A stretch of DNA of 64,000 nucleotides from an uncultured Candidatus Binatia bacterium (GTDB lineage Bacteria > Desulfobacterota > Binatia > UBA9968 > CAXXLF01): NCBI GenBank assembly GCA_965218425.1, contig OZ244621.1:1760001-1824000 (forward strand), written 5' to 3'. Each line of letters opens with the position of its first letter. Position 1 is the stretch's first letter. Under the pieces are notes generated by a model that was given only the letters and a program-made list of their open reading frames with translations, had not been told where the DNA came from and did no database searches. Made by a program: the position numbers and the translations under genes. Positions 32,741-41,843 of this stretch are shown here, piece by piece.

Positions 32741-33918
32741 TACGCCCGCTTCCTCTCGATGATCGCTGACCGTTGCGGGGGTGGAGTCTGTTGACTCCTC
32801 CCCGCCACGGTCATCTCTCCGTCGATCATTACCACAGAGATCCCGGGTAGATCTCCCTGAGTAAAAGAACTCAGGGTGTCTTTTGCAACCGAACCCTTAA
32901 CCCGGTCCAGAACAACGATATCCGCCGCCCCCCCTTCCTCCAGCTTACCAATGGAGAGTCCATGAGCAATACCAACGTTACCCGTGGCCATGGCAATTGC
33001 CATCTCGGGCTGAACATGACCCAACGAGGACAGGAAAGCAATCTCCCGCAACATCCCACGCGGGATAATCCCAGTCCCTCCAGGAGTATCCGTCCCCACC
33101 AGAACTCGATGAAAGGCCCCCTTGCGTTTTACCTCATCGATCAATGCAAGAACCATACGTGAATTGCCAGAGCTACAGATCTCGAAATATAAATTTCCAT
33201 CGTCAACGATTTTTCTCATCTCTTCCTCCGGCATGGGAATCGGGCCGCCCGTAATGTGACCCACGATATCAGGTCTAACTCGATTTACGATGTCCCACCC
33301 CGCCACCTGGCTGACGCCAGAACGGGAGACGCCGCCGGAATGAATCTTGACCTTTATCCCTCGCTTCCTGGCCCACTGGACGTAGCCTTCGGCCTCGCCG
33401 TTCGGCAGCAGGCTAAAGTCGTAAAAGATGAACTTCACCAGGCGAATCCCGGCCGCCGCGATGGTATCGAAGTCCTCCTCCTTCAGCCCAGGAACCAAAA
33501 GCAGTGTCCCGCCATGCACCTTGACTCCCGAGGGCCGAACGTTATCGAAACAGCACTTCGCCACAAGCGCAAGGGATAGGGCAATCTTGGGTTCGGGCGG
33601 TAACGGCAACCCGGGAACATGAAGCTCCCCCGCCGAGATCAGGGCAGTGACACCACCGTGCATATAATGATTGATCCATGACAGGGCGTTTTGAGCCGGG
33701 GTGAAGTCACCAAAGGTAGGATGGGAATGAGAGTCGATCAGGCCGGGCATGGCCGTTATGCCACAGGCGTCGACAACGATGTCCGCCTGGTAGTTGATAC
33801 CGTTTCCAATGGCCCTAACCAGTCCATCTTCCACATAGACCGAATCCGCCTGTCTGAGGGGAGCCTTTAAGTCCCCTGTAACCAATGCACCGATATTCTT
33901 GATTAAGGTAGAAGACAT
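32740..33918 (-). CDS. Amidohydrolase, enamidase-like
   Basis: PGLIDSHSHP.FGDFTP.Q, GGVT..ISAGE.H.PG, IHSGG, GHITGGP, GTDTPGG.G, ATGN. Confidence 0.8.
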   Translation of the reverse strand: MSSTLIKNIGALVTGDLKAPLRQADSVYVEDGLVRAIGNGINYQADIVVDACGITAMPGLIDSHSHPTFGDFTPAQNALSWINHYMHGGVTALISAGELHVPGLPLPPEPKIALSLALVAKCCFDNVRPSGVKVHGGTLLLVPGLKEEDFDTIAAAGIRLVKFIFYDFSLLPNGEAEGYVQWARKRGIKVKIHSGGVSRSGVSQVAGWDIVNRVRPDIVGHITGGPIPMPEEEMRKIVDDGNLYFEICSSGNSRMVLALIDEVKRKGAFHRVLVGTDTPGGTGIIPRGMLREIAFLSSLGHVQPEMAIAMATGNVGIAHGLSIGKLEEGGAADIVVLDRVKGSVAKDTLSSFTQGDLPGISVVMIDGEMTVAGRSQQTPPPQRSAIIERKRA

Positions 33919-34020
33919 ACGACCGAGTTAAAAGGGTTTCAACCGCCAGAGACTATACCAAACAGCTTACCAGCGTGAAAGTCAACATTCCCCCGCAAGC
34001 CCCCAAGGGTATAATGAGAA

Positions 34021-34312
34021 TTTGTCAGGATAAGTCGTGCGATTCGAATCCTAGGCCTCACTTGTTAGGCAGCCTTTGGGACTTACCCGCACCAGTAGTA
34101 TCCGGACAAAAGGCGAATAGCGGCCTGATCGGCAATCAGCCCTTCTGGGGCTACCCAGACGCGATTCAATTGAACGTCACTTCTAGTTAGGCCCGGAGCT
34201 ACTCTGGGCTTGAGATTGCTCAGAACAGCGTGGCTAGGATGAAATTAAAGAGCCGGTCAGTGTCGTCTTGCGCTGTTTTGGATGAGACAACGGTCGCCCG
34301 CAGTTGGGCGTG
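34021..34312 (+). ncRNA. Candidate novel multi-hairpin non-coding RNA (~300 nt)
   Basis: TATAAT at 34010-34015 immediately upstream; at least eight stems; G-U pairs favour the + strand. Confidence 0.55.
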
Positions 34313-34348
34313 TGGGTGCTGTGTCACGCGGAACTTCGATTAACTCTA

Positions 34349-34954
34349 TCATTTCACTATAAAATGGATCGTGTCGGTAGCATCCAGCTCAACATTGTGA
34401 TCCTCGGTGACGGCTCTAATCTCCAAAGTGTGACGGCCCGGTGAGATACCGGTCAAGGCGCCTGCTCCCGCTCGACCTCCGTCATCGGTCGTGAACATCC
34501 CCATCAGCGTTTCATCCACGTAGGCATGAATGTGGTGCCCTCTCTTCCCTTTAACTAACTCAAAGTGCAGGTCAATCTCCTCGCCTTTAACTTCTTCTCC
34601 TACCTTAGGTGAAAGGATTTTAACTTTTGCACCTTCCGCGGGCTTCAGTGCTGACCTGGGTTGCATCTTCTCGGAGACATTCAGCTGTTTGTGGTGTTTG
34701 TAATGATCGTGAGGTTTGTGCTCTTCTTGGCCCATCGTTTTCATGTCGCTCATCGGTGCGTTATGTGGTTTGGTTGCCCCATGCATTCTATGCCGCGTAT
34801 GGTTGGTTTGGGCCATCATTGCGCCTTGCCTAATCCACTTCAGGCTTGTTATTCGCGCCGGACTGACGATTGCCGGGTTGTCAGCGGCACGTGAGGGGGG
34901 CAAAGAAACCAAGAGAAACCATATCAGAAATAAGAGACAAAGATGGTCTTTCAT
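34349..34954 (-). CDS. Exported His/Met-rich putative metal-binding protein (C-terminal domain with GHHIHAYVD)
   Basis: Signal peptide, HTRHRMH / HKPHDHYKHH tracts, V.ILSP..G and PG.HTL pattern; start 34954 or 34987. Confidence 0.65.
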   Translation of the reverse strand: MKDHLCLLFLIWFLLVSLPPSRAADNPAIVSPARITSLKWIRQGAMMAQTNHTRHRMHGATKPHNAPMSDMKTMGQEEHKPHDHYKHHKQLNVSEKMQPRSALKPAEGAKVKILSPKVGEEVKGEEIDLHFELVKGKRGHHIHAYVDETLMGMFTTDDGGRAGAGALTGISPGRHTLEIRAVTEDHNVELDATDTIHFIVK

Positions 34955-35148
34955 CGGTATCTCATCTGTTTGGTGTGCTGGTGACATTTCAGGGCAAGAC
35001 TCATTCTGTTACAAACCACCATACCCTTGGCGAAATATCGCCCTTGGAAGAGCTCCCAATGAAGGCCTATGCCATTGCAAGATGCGACTTATAGACGCAT
35101 TAATTGCGTTCCACTCTAGGCCAGACGACCTGATAATTAATCGATGGG

Positions 35149-35835
35149 TTAGTTGATGGTTCGATTGGAGGGGCCCGACGGGCTGAGGTCAGAGGCGCCT
35201 TGCAGCTTGAGGAGGTCGAGCAGCATGACCTCCCGGTCATCCAGTGACGGGGCTTCCAGTAAGGCCTGCTTCTCTGCCGGGTGCAGCGGCAGTGACACGG
35301 ACAACCCATTAACCAGGTCCATGTCTTGGATCCGGTCGATCTCTTCCAGTTGAACCTGGAGACCCATAGCCTTGGCGTATCCCTCCAGCGCCCGGCGCAG
35401 CGCCGGCCGGTCGCAGTGCCATGTTTCCTCAGGCTTGGCATCTGAAAAAACTTCATAATTTGCCTTTACACGGCGATAACCTCGTTGCAACGGCAATTCC
35501 TCTTCCATGCGAAAGCGATTAACTCCACGCAGATAGATTCCGTAACGCCCGTCAGGTGTCTTTTCCCATTTTTCAATGAAGCCGGCACATCCCACATGGT
35601 AGAGTTGCGGTATTTCCTTTTCAGCGCCGGGCAAGGGGCGATTGTCTTCCTGAGGAGCAAACGGCTGGATCATGCCGAAAACCTTGTCGCTTCCCAGTGC
35701 ATCCTCCACCAGGTTGCGGTAACGTGGCTCAAAAATATGTAGAGGAAGGGTGGTTCCCGGCAAGAGCAAAGTTCCCGTCAGAGGAAAAACAGGTAGGATT
35801 TCCGGGAGTTCTTTCGCGGATATGTTTTCACCCAT
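35149..35835 (-). CDS. LON peptidase N-terminal (substrate-binding) domain protein
   Basis: LPVFPL...LLPG..LPLHIFEPRY, DGRY, G..RFR, EKQALLEA. Confidence 0.9.
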   Translation of the reverse strand: MGENISAKELPEILPVFPLTGTLLLPGTTLPLHIFEPRYRNLVEDALGSDKVFGMIQPFAPQEDNRPLPGAEKEIPQLYHVGCAGFIEKWEKTPDGRYGIYLRGVNRFRMEEELPLQRGYRRVKANYEVFSDAKPEETWHCDRPALRRALEGYAKAMGLQVQLEEIDRIQDMDLVNGLSVSLPLHPAEKQALLEAPSLDDREVMLLDLLKLQGASDLSPSGPSNRTIN

Positions 35836-35862
35836 GGCCTAGTCTCCTCCTCCTTTTATAAG

Positions 35863-36693
35863 TTAAGGCCGTCGCCAGGTCAAGATGAGTCTCTTCAGTG
35901 CAACGAGGCAAAAGAGGACAAACCCAAAGGTGCAGATTACGGACGCTCCAGTGGGGAGGTCCCAACCATAAGAGAGATAGCTCCCAGCCAGGCTCACACT
36001 ACCACCCACCAACCAACCCGCCAAGAGGCTCAGCCGAAAACTGCCGCTAAACAAGATCCCACAGACCGCCGGTACAATCAGGAATGAAAAGATGAGAAGC
36101 ACCCCCGCTATTTGGACGGAAGTAGTCACCACCCAGGCCAAGGATAGATAAAAAAGGAGATCCCAGAGAGGAACGGATATCCCTTGTCGGCGACCCCGCT
36201 CCGGATCAAACGAAACCAGCAGGAACTTTTGCCGAAATACGACATGGAAAAGTCCAACCACTACGGCCACGGCGAAAATCTGCCCGATGGTATTCCATTT
36301 TACCCAGAGGATGTTTCCGACAAGTAAGTACTTTATATGCTCAGCGCCGTGGGGGGCCTTATCTACGAGGAGGACCACGGCGGCGGCGCAGAAAGCATAA
36401 ACAATGCCTATAATCGCTTCCTCTGGAACCCTGCCCTCTTGGGCACGGGTCCAAGTGAAAACCAGCGAACCTAAAAAGGCAAAAACCAGGGAAAAAATAT
36501 AAGCAACGCCGCCTTCAAGCGGATAACCCGCGAGAAATGCCACAGTAGCGCCCATGGCCGCTACTTGCGCCAGGGCCAAATCAACAAAAATCGCCCCGCG
36601 ACGAACGATGTGAATGCCGAAATAGACATAAATGGCCACTAGAACGAAACACGCCGCTATGGCCGGGCCCATGATGTTTATAAACTCAATCAT
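35863..36693 (-). CDS. Metal ABC transporter permease (ZnuB/ABC-3 family)
   Basis: GIHIVRRG.IFVDLALAQ, EAIIG, L.GNIL, GVLLIFSFLIVPA, DLPTG. Confidence 0.9.
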   Translation of the reverse strand: MIEFINIMGPAIAACFVLVAIYVYFGIHIVRRGAIFVDLALAQVAAMGATVAFLAGYPLEGGVAYIFSLVFAFLGSLVFTWTRAQEGRVPEEAIIGIVYAFCAAAVVLLVDKAPHGAEHIKYLLVGNILWVKWNTIGQIFAVAVVVGLFHVVFRQKFLLVSFDPERGRRQGISVPLWDLLFYLSLAWVVTTSVQIAGVLLIFSFLIVPAVCGILFSGSFRLSLLAGWLVGGSVSLAGSYLSYGWDLPTGASVICTFGFVLFCLVALKRLILTWRRP

Positions 36694-36699
36694 GGACGA

Positions 36700-37608
36700 T
36701 CACCGACCTTGCTTTAGGACTGAGAGCAGGCTTCCTACAATAGATTCAAATAGATCGCTATAGGTTTTCACTCCCTTATCACCTCCCACGGATGCAGGAA
36801 GAATGACCATGTTTGTCCCAGCCTTATGGGCCACGGATTGCGGGATACGCGGATTGATAAAGCTGGAAACCAGCAGTGCTTTGACCTTACGCTCCCGAAT
36901 CGAGCGCGTGAGTCTGACCACATGTTTTGGCGCCGGTGGAATTCCCGGTTTATCTTCCACATAGCCAATAATGGACAATCCCAACCAATTCGCCAGGTAC
37001 TCCCATTGCTTGTGATACGCAACGATCTCCTGACCACGGTAAGGCGTCATCTGCTGTTCCCACTTTTGGATACGATCCCGCAGCTTTTTCTCGAAAAGGT
37101 TCAGTCTCTGTTCAAAATAAGGCCCATCATCGGGCGCCAGGGCCTTGAACTGCAAGGCAATACGTCTCGCCATCACGAAACCGTTCCTGGGGTCAAGCCA
37201 GTAATGGGGATTGCCCTCAGGGTGAATGTCACCTTGCGCGCGGGTCACCTCCCCCCCAGGCACTTCAAGGACTGAGATTTCCCGGGAGAGATCAAGGGAG
37301 ACGAGTCCCGGATTCCTAGCCCCTTCCACCAACAGGGACAGCCAACCAATTTCCAGCTGTAGTCCCACATAAAGAAGCAGGTCGGCTCGATTGAGCAAGC
37401 GCATGTAGCTGGGCTTTGCGGCAACGTAATGGGGATCCTGGGCCCCCTTTGCGACGCTTCTTACTTTCACCCTTTTACCTCCCAACGCCTCGGCGATGGC
37501 AGCAAGATCAGTGGTGGTAGCGACCACAGACAAAGTCTTCCCCGCAAGAGGGGCCGGCGGAGAAGTTAAGAAAACAACCGAGAAGACCCATACGCTAAAC
37601 CATTTCAT
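36700..37608 (-). CDS. Metal ABC transporter substrate-binding protein (ZnuA/TroA, cluster A-I)
   Basis: Signal peptide, QDPH, G.QLEIGWL, GDIHPEGNPHYWLDP, YH, KPGIPP. Confidence 0.9.
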   Translation of the reverse strand: MKWFSVWVFSVVFLTSPPAPLAGKTLSVVATTTDLAAIAEALGGKRVKVRSVAKGAQDPHYVAAKPSYMRLLNRADLLLYVGLQLEIGWLSLLVEGARNPGLVSLDLSREISVLEVPGGEVTRAQGDIHPEGNPHYWLDPRNGFVMARRIALQFKALAPDDGPYFEQRLNLFEKKLRDRIQKWEQQMTPYRGQEIVAYHKQWEYLANWLGLSIIGYVEDKPGIPPAPKHVVRLTRSIRERKVKALLVSSFINPRIPQSVAHKAGTNMVILPASVGGDKGVKTYSDLFESIVGSLLSVLKQGR

Positions 37609-37617
37609 AGGTTTCTC

Positions 37618-38949
37618 CTAATATTTGTGTGCCGGATGAGAGCCTAGGGTGTAGTTCAGCTGAAAAAGAATCTGATCGATGTCATCCCCAAACTCCCGTT
37701 GCGTCCGGCTATACTGCAATCTCAAGGCCGAAAACTCGCTCGGCACCAGAGCTGCGAGCAACGTCCATTTATGATCCATTCCCTCTCTGGAGTTGGGGGC
37801 TCCAAGCAGATCGTAGCGACCCTGCAACCACCATAGACGAGAGAGACGATACTGGAGTGAAGTATACAGTCCTCCCGTCTCGCGCCGTGCGCTATCGTCT
37901 CGATCGACGGAAGAATAAATGTATTCGTTCTGCCAGATGAGGGCCCGATCCTGAGCGCGTTTCAAAGGAATCCACTTGAGAGTTAGGTCGACACCGATAG
38001 CTTGCGAATAGCCCGAACCGGAGTTACGTCCGCCGACATAGGAGTTACCAAACTCAAGAGTGCTTTCGTCGCTGAGATCGAAGAAGTTCTTCCAGTGGCC
38101 GAGGAAGGCCCCTTGAGGAGAAGCGTCATCTGAAAGGACAAAGAGGTTGGAATTATCCCCCTGCATTCCTTGAAAGGTGAACTCGGAAAACCAGGGGACG
38201 GGGAAGAGATAGCTCAGACCAACTGCCGGTTCATTGAGCCCTTCATCGCCAAACACGGATTCACTCACCAGGGGACGGTCAATGAAAGGAAACTGATGAC
38301 TATGAAGCAAATTGTGTTTACCGAAGTCGGTAAAAAACTTTCCGATCTTAAGACTTAACCCACGCGGCATGATGTCTCCGGGAAGCTGATTCGAGGTAAC
38401 GAATCCCTCCTCCAGCTCCACATCTCCTTCTGGAGCGACGGCCACAGTCATATCCGCATTGAAATACGGATCCACATCCGAAGTGAAACGAAACTCTGCC
38501 TCCTGCAGGTTGAACCCATTCTGGAAGTCCAGACCCGCCAGCTCGTTACCGGCATCAACCGAGGAAGCCCAGCCACCGAGAAACAACCCATTCACACTGA
38601 CGGCGGGGTTAAAGGCTCTGGAAATGGAGCGTGCTCTATCAGACGTGGTTGAGCTAGATTGCGCTCCCCTTGGCGCACTGGCGTTCTCCCGTTTTGCCTG
38701 GTTCTGAGCAGGCTCTTGCCCTGAGTTCCCCGATCTTGATCTCTCCGACTTTCGTTCTATCCGTTCGATCCGCAGGAGTAACTTCTGCGTTTGTTGCTGC
38801 ATCGCCTTGAGCTGCTTTTTCAAAGAAGCAACTTCGTCCTCCTTGGTCAAACCCGCCCCGGCAAACAACGTTACGTAACACGACACTACGCACACTGAAA
38901 TAAATGATCGTCCTGTTAAAGAAATCATGAATTTCCCCCCTAAATGCAA
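37618..38949 (-). CDS. Outer-membrane beta-barrel protein associated with metal uptake (C-terminal G.HPAH.Y)
   Basis: Signal peptide plus coiled coil, FNPAVS, E.E.....VDPYF, EEGF, GKF...FG..N..H.H, LRLQY, GSHPAHKY; start TTG 38949 or ATG 38928. Confidence 0.8.
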   Translation of the reverse strand: MHLGGKFMISLTGRSFISVCVVSCYVTLFAGAGLTKEDEVASLKKQLKAMQQQTQKLLLRIERIERKSERSRSGNSGQEPAQNQAKRENASAPRGAQSSSTTSDRARSISRAFNPAVSVNGLFLGGWASSVDAGNELAGLDFQNGFNLQEAEFRFTSDVDPYFNADMTVAVAPEGDVELEEGFVTSNQLPGDIMPRGLSLKIGKFFTDFGKHNLLHSHQFPFIDRPLVSESVFGDEGLNEPAVGLSYLFPVPWFSEFTFQGMQGDNSNLFVLSDDASPQGAFLGHWKNFFDLSDESTLEFGNSYVGGRNSGSGYSQAIGVDLTLKWIPLKRAQDRALIWQNEYIYSSVDRDDSARRETGGLYTSLQYRLSRLWWLQGRYDLLGAPNSREGMDHKWTLLAALVPSEFSALRLQYSRTQREFGDDIDQILFQLNYTLGSHPAHKY

Positions 38950-38954
38950 ACGGT

Positions 38955-38985
38955 CCTCTCCCTTCGCTCATGAGGAAAGGAGAGA
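38955..38985 (-). promoter_or_regulatory. Stem-loop sequestering the RBS of the outer-membrane protein gene
   Basis: mRNA UCUCUCCUUUC / GAAGGGAGAGG 11-bp stem; its 3' arm is the SD, 5 nt before TTG 38949. Confidence 0.6.
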
Positions 38986-39016
38986 ATGCCCTTTCGATTT
39001 AAAAAAAACGAAACGG

Positions 39017-39298
39017 TTACAGGGTAGGGGGGGCGCGGCTCGGGTGTGGTTTAGCAAAAAACAGAACGAGAAAAGAAGCCTCTGGAAATACAAGCGGTAA
39101 GGATTGAATGACGGGTGAGACTGTGATTTTGGCATGAGGCAGGCCGAGTTGTGTCCTCGCACTCGAGTAACAGGTGCAATCCTTGTTGATCAGTAGCAGC
39201 GGGTTAACGGGATGGAGGTGGAGGTGGAGGGGGAGGAGGAAAACCGCCAGCAAAAGGGCGGCCCCGATCAGGCGTCGAGTATGGAGAACTACCTTCAT
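39017..39298 (-). CDS. Putative RAPP-type ribosome-arrest leader peptide (DUF2946/CutF/CruR-like)
   Basis: Hydrophobic signal-like segment, HLHLH, DCTC, C-terminal SRAPPTL*; start 39298 or 39313. Confidence 0.7.
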   Translation of the reverse strand: MKVVLHTRRLIGAALLLAVFLLPLHLHLHPVNPLLLINKDCTCYSSARTQLGLPHAKITVSPVIQSLPLVFPEASFLVLFFAKPHPSRAPPTL

Positions 39299-39417
39299 CG
39301 CCGCAAACAGCATGATAGTGCCATAAACAGACAGAGTCAGGGTTGTCAAGGGGTACCGACCGACAGGAGTCGGGTCAGGGCAATCAACCTGAGCCCCCGG
39401 GTGTGGAGGGACTCACT

Positions 39418-40851
39418 TTAAACCTTCCATTTCTTCGCCACTTTCTCTTTGAACTCTCGTGAAAAGGCGTTCACCGCCGGAAAGCGGTCAATCCATTGAT
39501 ATGGGCGACAGGCATCGATCAAGACACGATCGCTGATGTAACCCCTAGTGTCCCTTTCCTCAGGCGAGATGGTGGGCTCACACACCGAGGCCCAGACGTT
39601 TTTCACGATATCGATCCCTTCCCGCGCGTTGCACCGTGTGGAAACAGCCCAAATCACCTCATAGGGATTGGTAATATCGATATCATCATCCACCACGACG
39701 ACCATCTTACCTCCGTAGGCACCCGCTCGTGCCCCCGCTGCCACCAGTAGAGCCTGCTTGGCATGACCCGTGTAACGCTGCTTGATGGCTATCACGGTAA
39801 AGGGACCGGGTTGACCTCCGTAGACAAACCCCCACACGCCCTTCACATCTGGCACCCCGGCTTTCTCCAACTGTTCCCAGAGGGTGATGGCGCCCAGTGG
39901 AATTGGGAGGTAACTGTTGGGCGGCTTGAGGGGAGGGGCCCCGAGAATAACCGGATCGTTTCGATAATAGACCCTCTTGACCGTCATCAAAGGCACGTCG
40001 CCCACGGTCGCCTCGGTATAATACCCCGGCCACTCACCGAAAGGACCCTCCTTGGGAAGCTGCTCAGGCGGGAGAGGAGGTATCTCCCCCTCCAGCACAA
40101 CCTCACCGTTCGCCGGCAGTGGTAACCCCGTTACCGCTCCACGAACAGCCGGAATGGGTGCTCCCTGGATCCATCCTGCAAATTCATATTCGCTGGTGTC
40201 CGGCGGTAACGGCATCTGTGAGGATAAAAAAAGGCTCGGCTCCTGACCAAGCGTGATGGCCACGGGAAGGGCCTTCCCTTGAGCGTGGGCCCTATCCACG
40301 GCAAGCCGACCGTGTTTCCCCTTGTTCATTTTCACCGAGACCTTGTTCTTTTCCTGGATCATCACTCGATAGGTCCCTACATTGATCTTCCCCGACTCCG
40401 GATCCTTGGTGATAATGCCGCAACCCGTGCCGAGGTAACGCCCTCCGTCCAGATCGTGCCACATGGGGGTTGGGAATTGATAGAGGTCAACTTCATTTTC
40501 TTCCATCTGGTTCTCAAAAACCGGCCCCCCCTCCACCTGCTCTACGGGAACAGGTTTGAAGGTAGAAACCCGCTGGCGCCACGCGTGAAGAAAGTCCACC
40601 CCCTTGAGCTCTAGGGGTAGCCCCATGGCTACAGCGGCTCTGCGGCAGGTCCGAAAGACGTTGGAGAAGACACGGAAACCGCGGGGATAATCCTTAAAGC
40701 CATCGAATAGTAGGGCAGAGTCTTCCCTCTCCCCCATGAGTTCCGTAAGGGCACCCACCTCAAGGTTCAAATCCACGCCTTCCAAGCGTTTTAGCTCGCC
40801 CAACTCTTCGAGACGGCTAATAAAAGTTCTCATATCCTGAACCTGCTCCAT
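39418..40851 (-). CDS. UbiD-family (prFMN-dependent) (de)carboxylase
   Basis: DMRTFI..LE..GEL, P.P.WH..DGGRY.GT, NVGTYR, EGPFGEWPGYY, VVVVDDDIDI. Confidence 0.92.
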   Translation of the reverse strand: MEQVQDMRTFISRLEELGELKRLEGVDLNLEVGALTELMGEREDSALLFDGFKDYPRGFRVFSNVFRTCRRAAVAMGLPLELKGVDFLHAWRQRVSTFKPVPVEQVEGGPVFENQMEENEVDLYQFPTPMWHDLDGGRYLGTGCGIITKDPESGKINVGTYRVMIQEKNKVSVKMNKGKHGRLAVDRAHAQGKALPVAITLGQEPSLFLSSQMPLPPDTSEYEFAGWIQGAPIPAVRGAVTGLPLPANGEVVLEGEIPPLPPEQLPKEGPFGEWPGYYTEATVGDVPLMTVKRVYYRNDPVILGAPPLKPPNSYLPIPLGAITLWEQLEKAGVPDVKGVWGFVYGGQPGPFTVIAIKQRYTGHAKQALLVAAGARAGAYGGKMVVVVDDDIDITNPYEVIWAVSTRCNAREGIDIVKNVWASVCEPTISPEERDTRGYISDRVLIDACRPYQWIDRFPAVNAFSREFKEKVAKKWKV

Positions 40852-41095
40852 GAAAAACCTCCTATATCGGACAAACCCGGCTCCCCGGGATTCCGCTAGG
40901 TTAGTCTCCTGGGGACGGCAAAGTCAATGAATGGAACAACCCAAACGATGGTCCTTAAAACAGACGAGATTGGGGTCTAAGGTAAAGTTCCATAGAGAAT
41001 ATCTATTGGTCTTATAGTGAACCTCTATGTTAATAGGATGGCTCTTAGGTGGGTCCCGCTTCGACTCGAATACCAATGGGTGGGAGGATCAGCCC

Positions 41096-41710
41096 ATGCA
41101 GGCCAAGTCTCTTAAAGAGCACAAATCAAAACCAATTTCCGACACGCCGGAACTCCTCCACCGATTCTCGAAGATTCGCAGGTTTAGCGAAAAGCTTTGC
41201 GAGCCACTTTCCCCGGGACACCGTTATTCAGTCCATGCCGGATGTGAGCCCAACCCGCTGGCACCTTGCCCATGCCACCTGGTTTTTCGAAACCTTCGTG
41301 ATCGCAAACGCCGTCCAAGGATACAAAACCTTTCACCCCGCATACGGTTATCTATTCAACTCATACTACAACGCCGTGGGTCCCCAATATCCGAGACCCA
41401 AGCGGGGTCTGCTTTCCAGGCCCACTCTGAAAGAAATCCTTGAGTATCGCCGCCACATGGACGACGTCGTGCACGAGGTTGTTTCCTCAGGATTGGAATC
41501 CAGCTTGCTTTCAGCGTTGGAGATCGGAGTGCAGCATGAGCGACAGCACCAGGAACTCTCCTCACGGATATTAAACACGTGCTGTCTTGTAATCCACTGT
41601 TACCCGTTTATCATCCAATGCACTTTCCGAGCCACCACGATTCGAGGCTTTTGGAGTGGCGTCACTTCGAGCCGTTCACCGAACCGACCAACCGATCAGG
41701 GCCGAGTTAA
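41096..41710 (+). pseudogene. egtB: Ergothioneine biosynthesis sulfoxide synthase EgtB, frameshifted and truncated
   Basis: QSMPDVSPTRWHLAH.TWFFETF, LFNSYY..VG...PRP.RGLLSRP, HERQHQEL, LTDIKH, NPL.P.Y; frameshifts near 41215 and 41558; FGE domain missing. Confidence 0.85.
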
Positions 41711-41757
41711 AAAACCAATGAATCTAAGAGCTTACGCATGACGACGGGCCGTTTTGC

Positions 41758-41784
41758 GTGTCATGAATTAGCCGTGAGTAACAT
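41758..41784. promoter_or_regulatory. Putative NikR operator 1
   Basis: GTGTCAT-N13-GTAACAT pseudo-palindrome upstream of the nikR promoter. Confidence 0.5.
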
Positions 41785-41802
41785 CAAAACCTGGGCTGTC
41801 AA

Positions 41803-41831
41803 TTGACAACCCCCCTGTCAGTCAGTATGTT
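41803..41831 (+). promoter_or_regulatory. Sigma70-type promoter of nikR
   Basis: TTGACA-N17-TATGTT; ATG 12 nt downstream with no SD (near-leaderless). Confidence 0.55.
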
Positions 41832-41843
41832 GGCACCACTTTT

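Noticed and set aside
34037..34046. GTGCGATTCG resembling a group II intron 5' end
   Set aside because: No domain V/VI or RT ORF seen; the motif is explained by pairing with CGCAC
33975..34330. tmRNA, RNase P RNA, HEARO or cobalamin riboswitch identity, and ORF 33975..34190
   Set aside because: Hallmark motifs of those RNAs not found by eye; the ORF has no recognisable features
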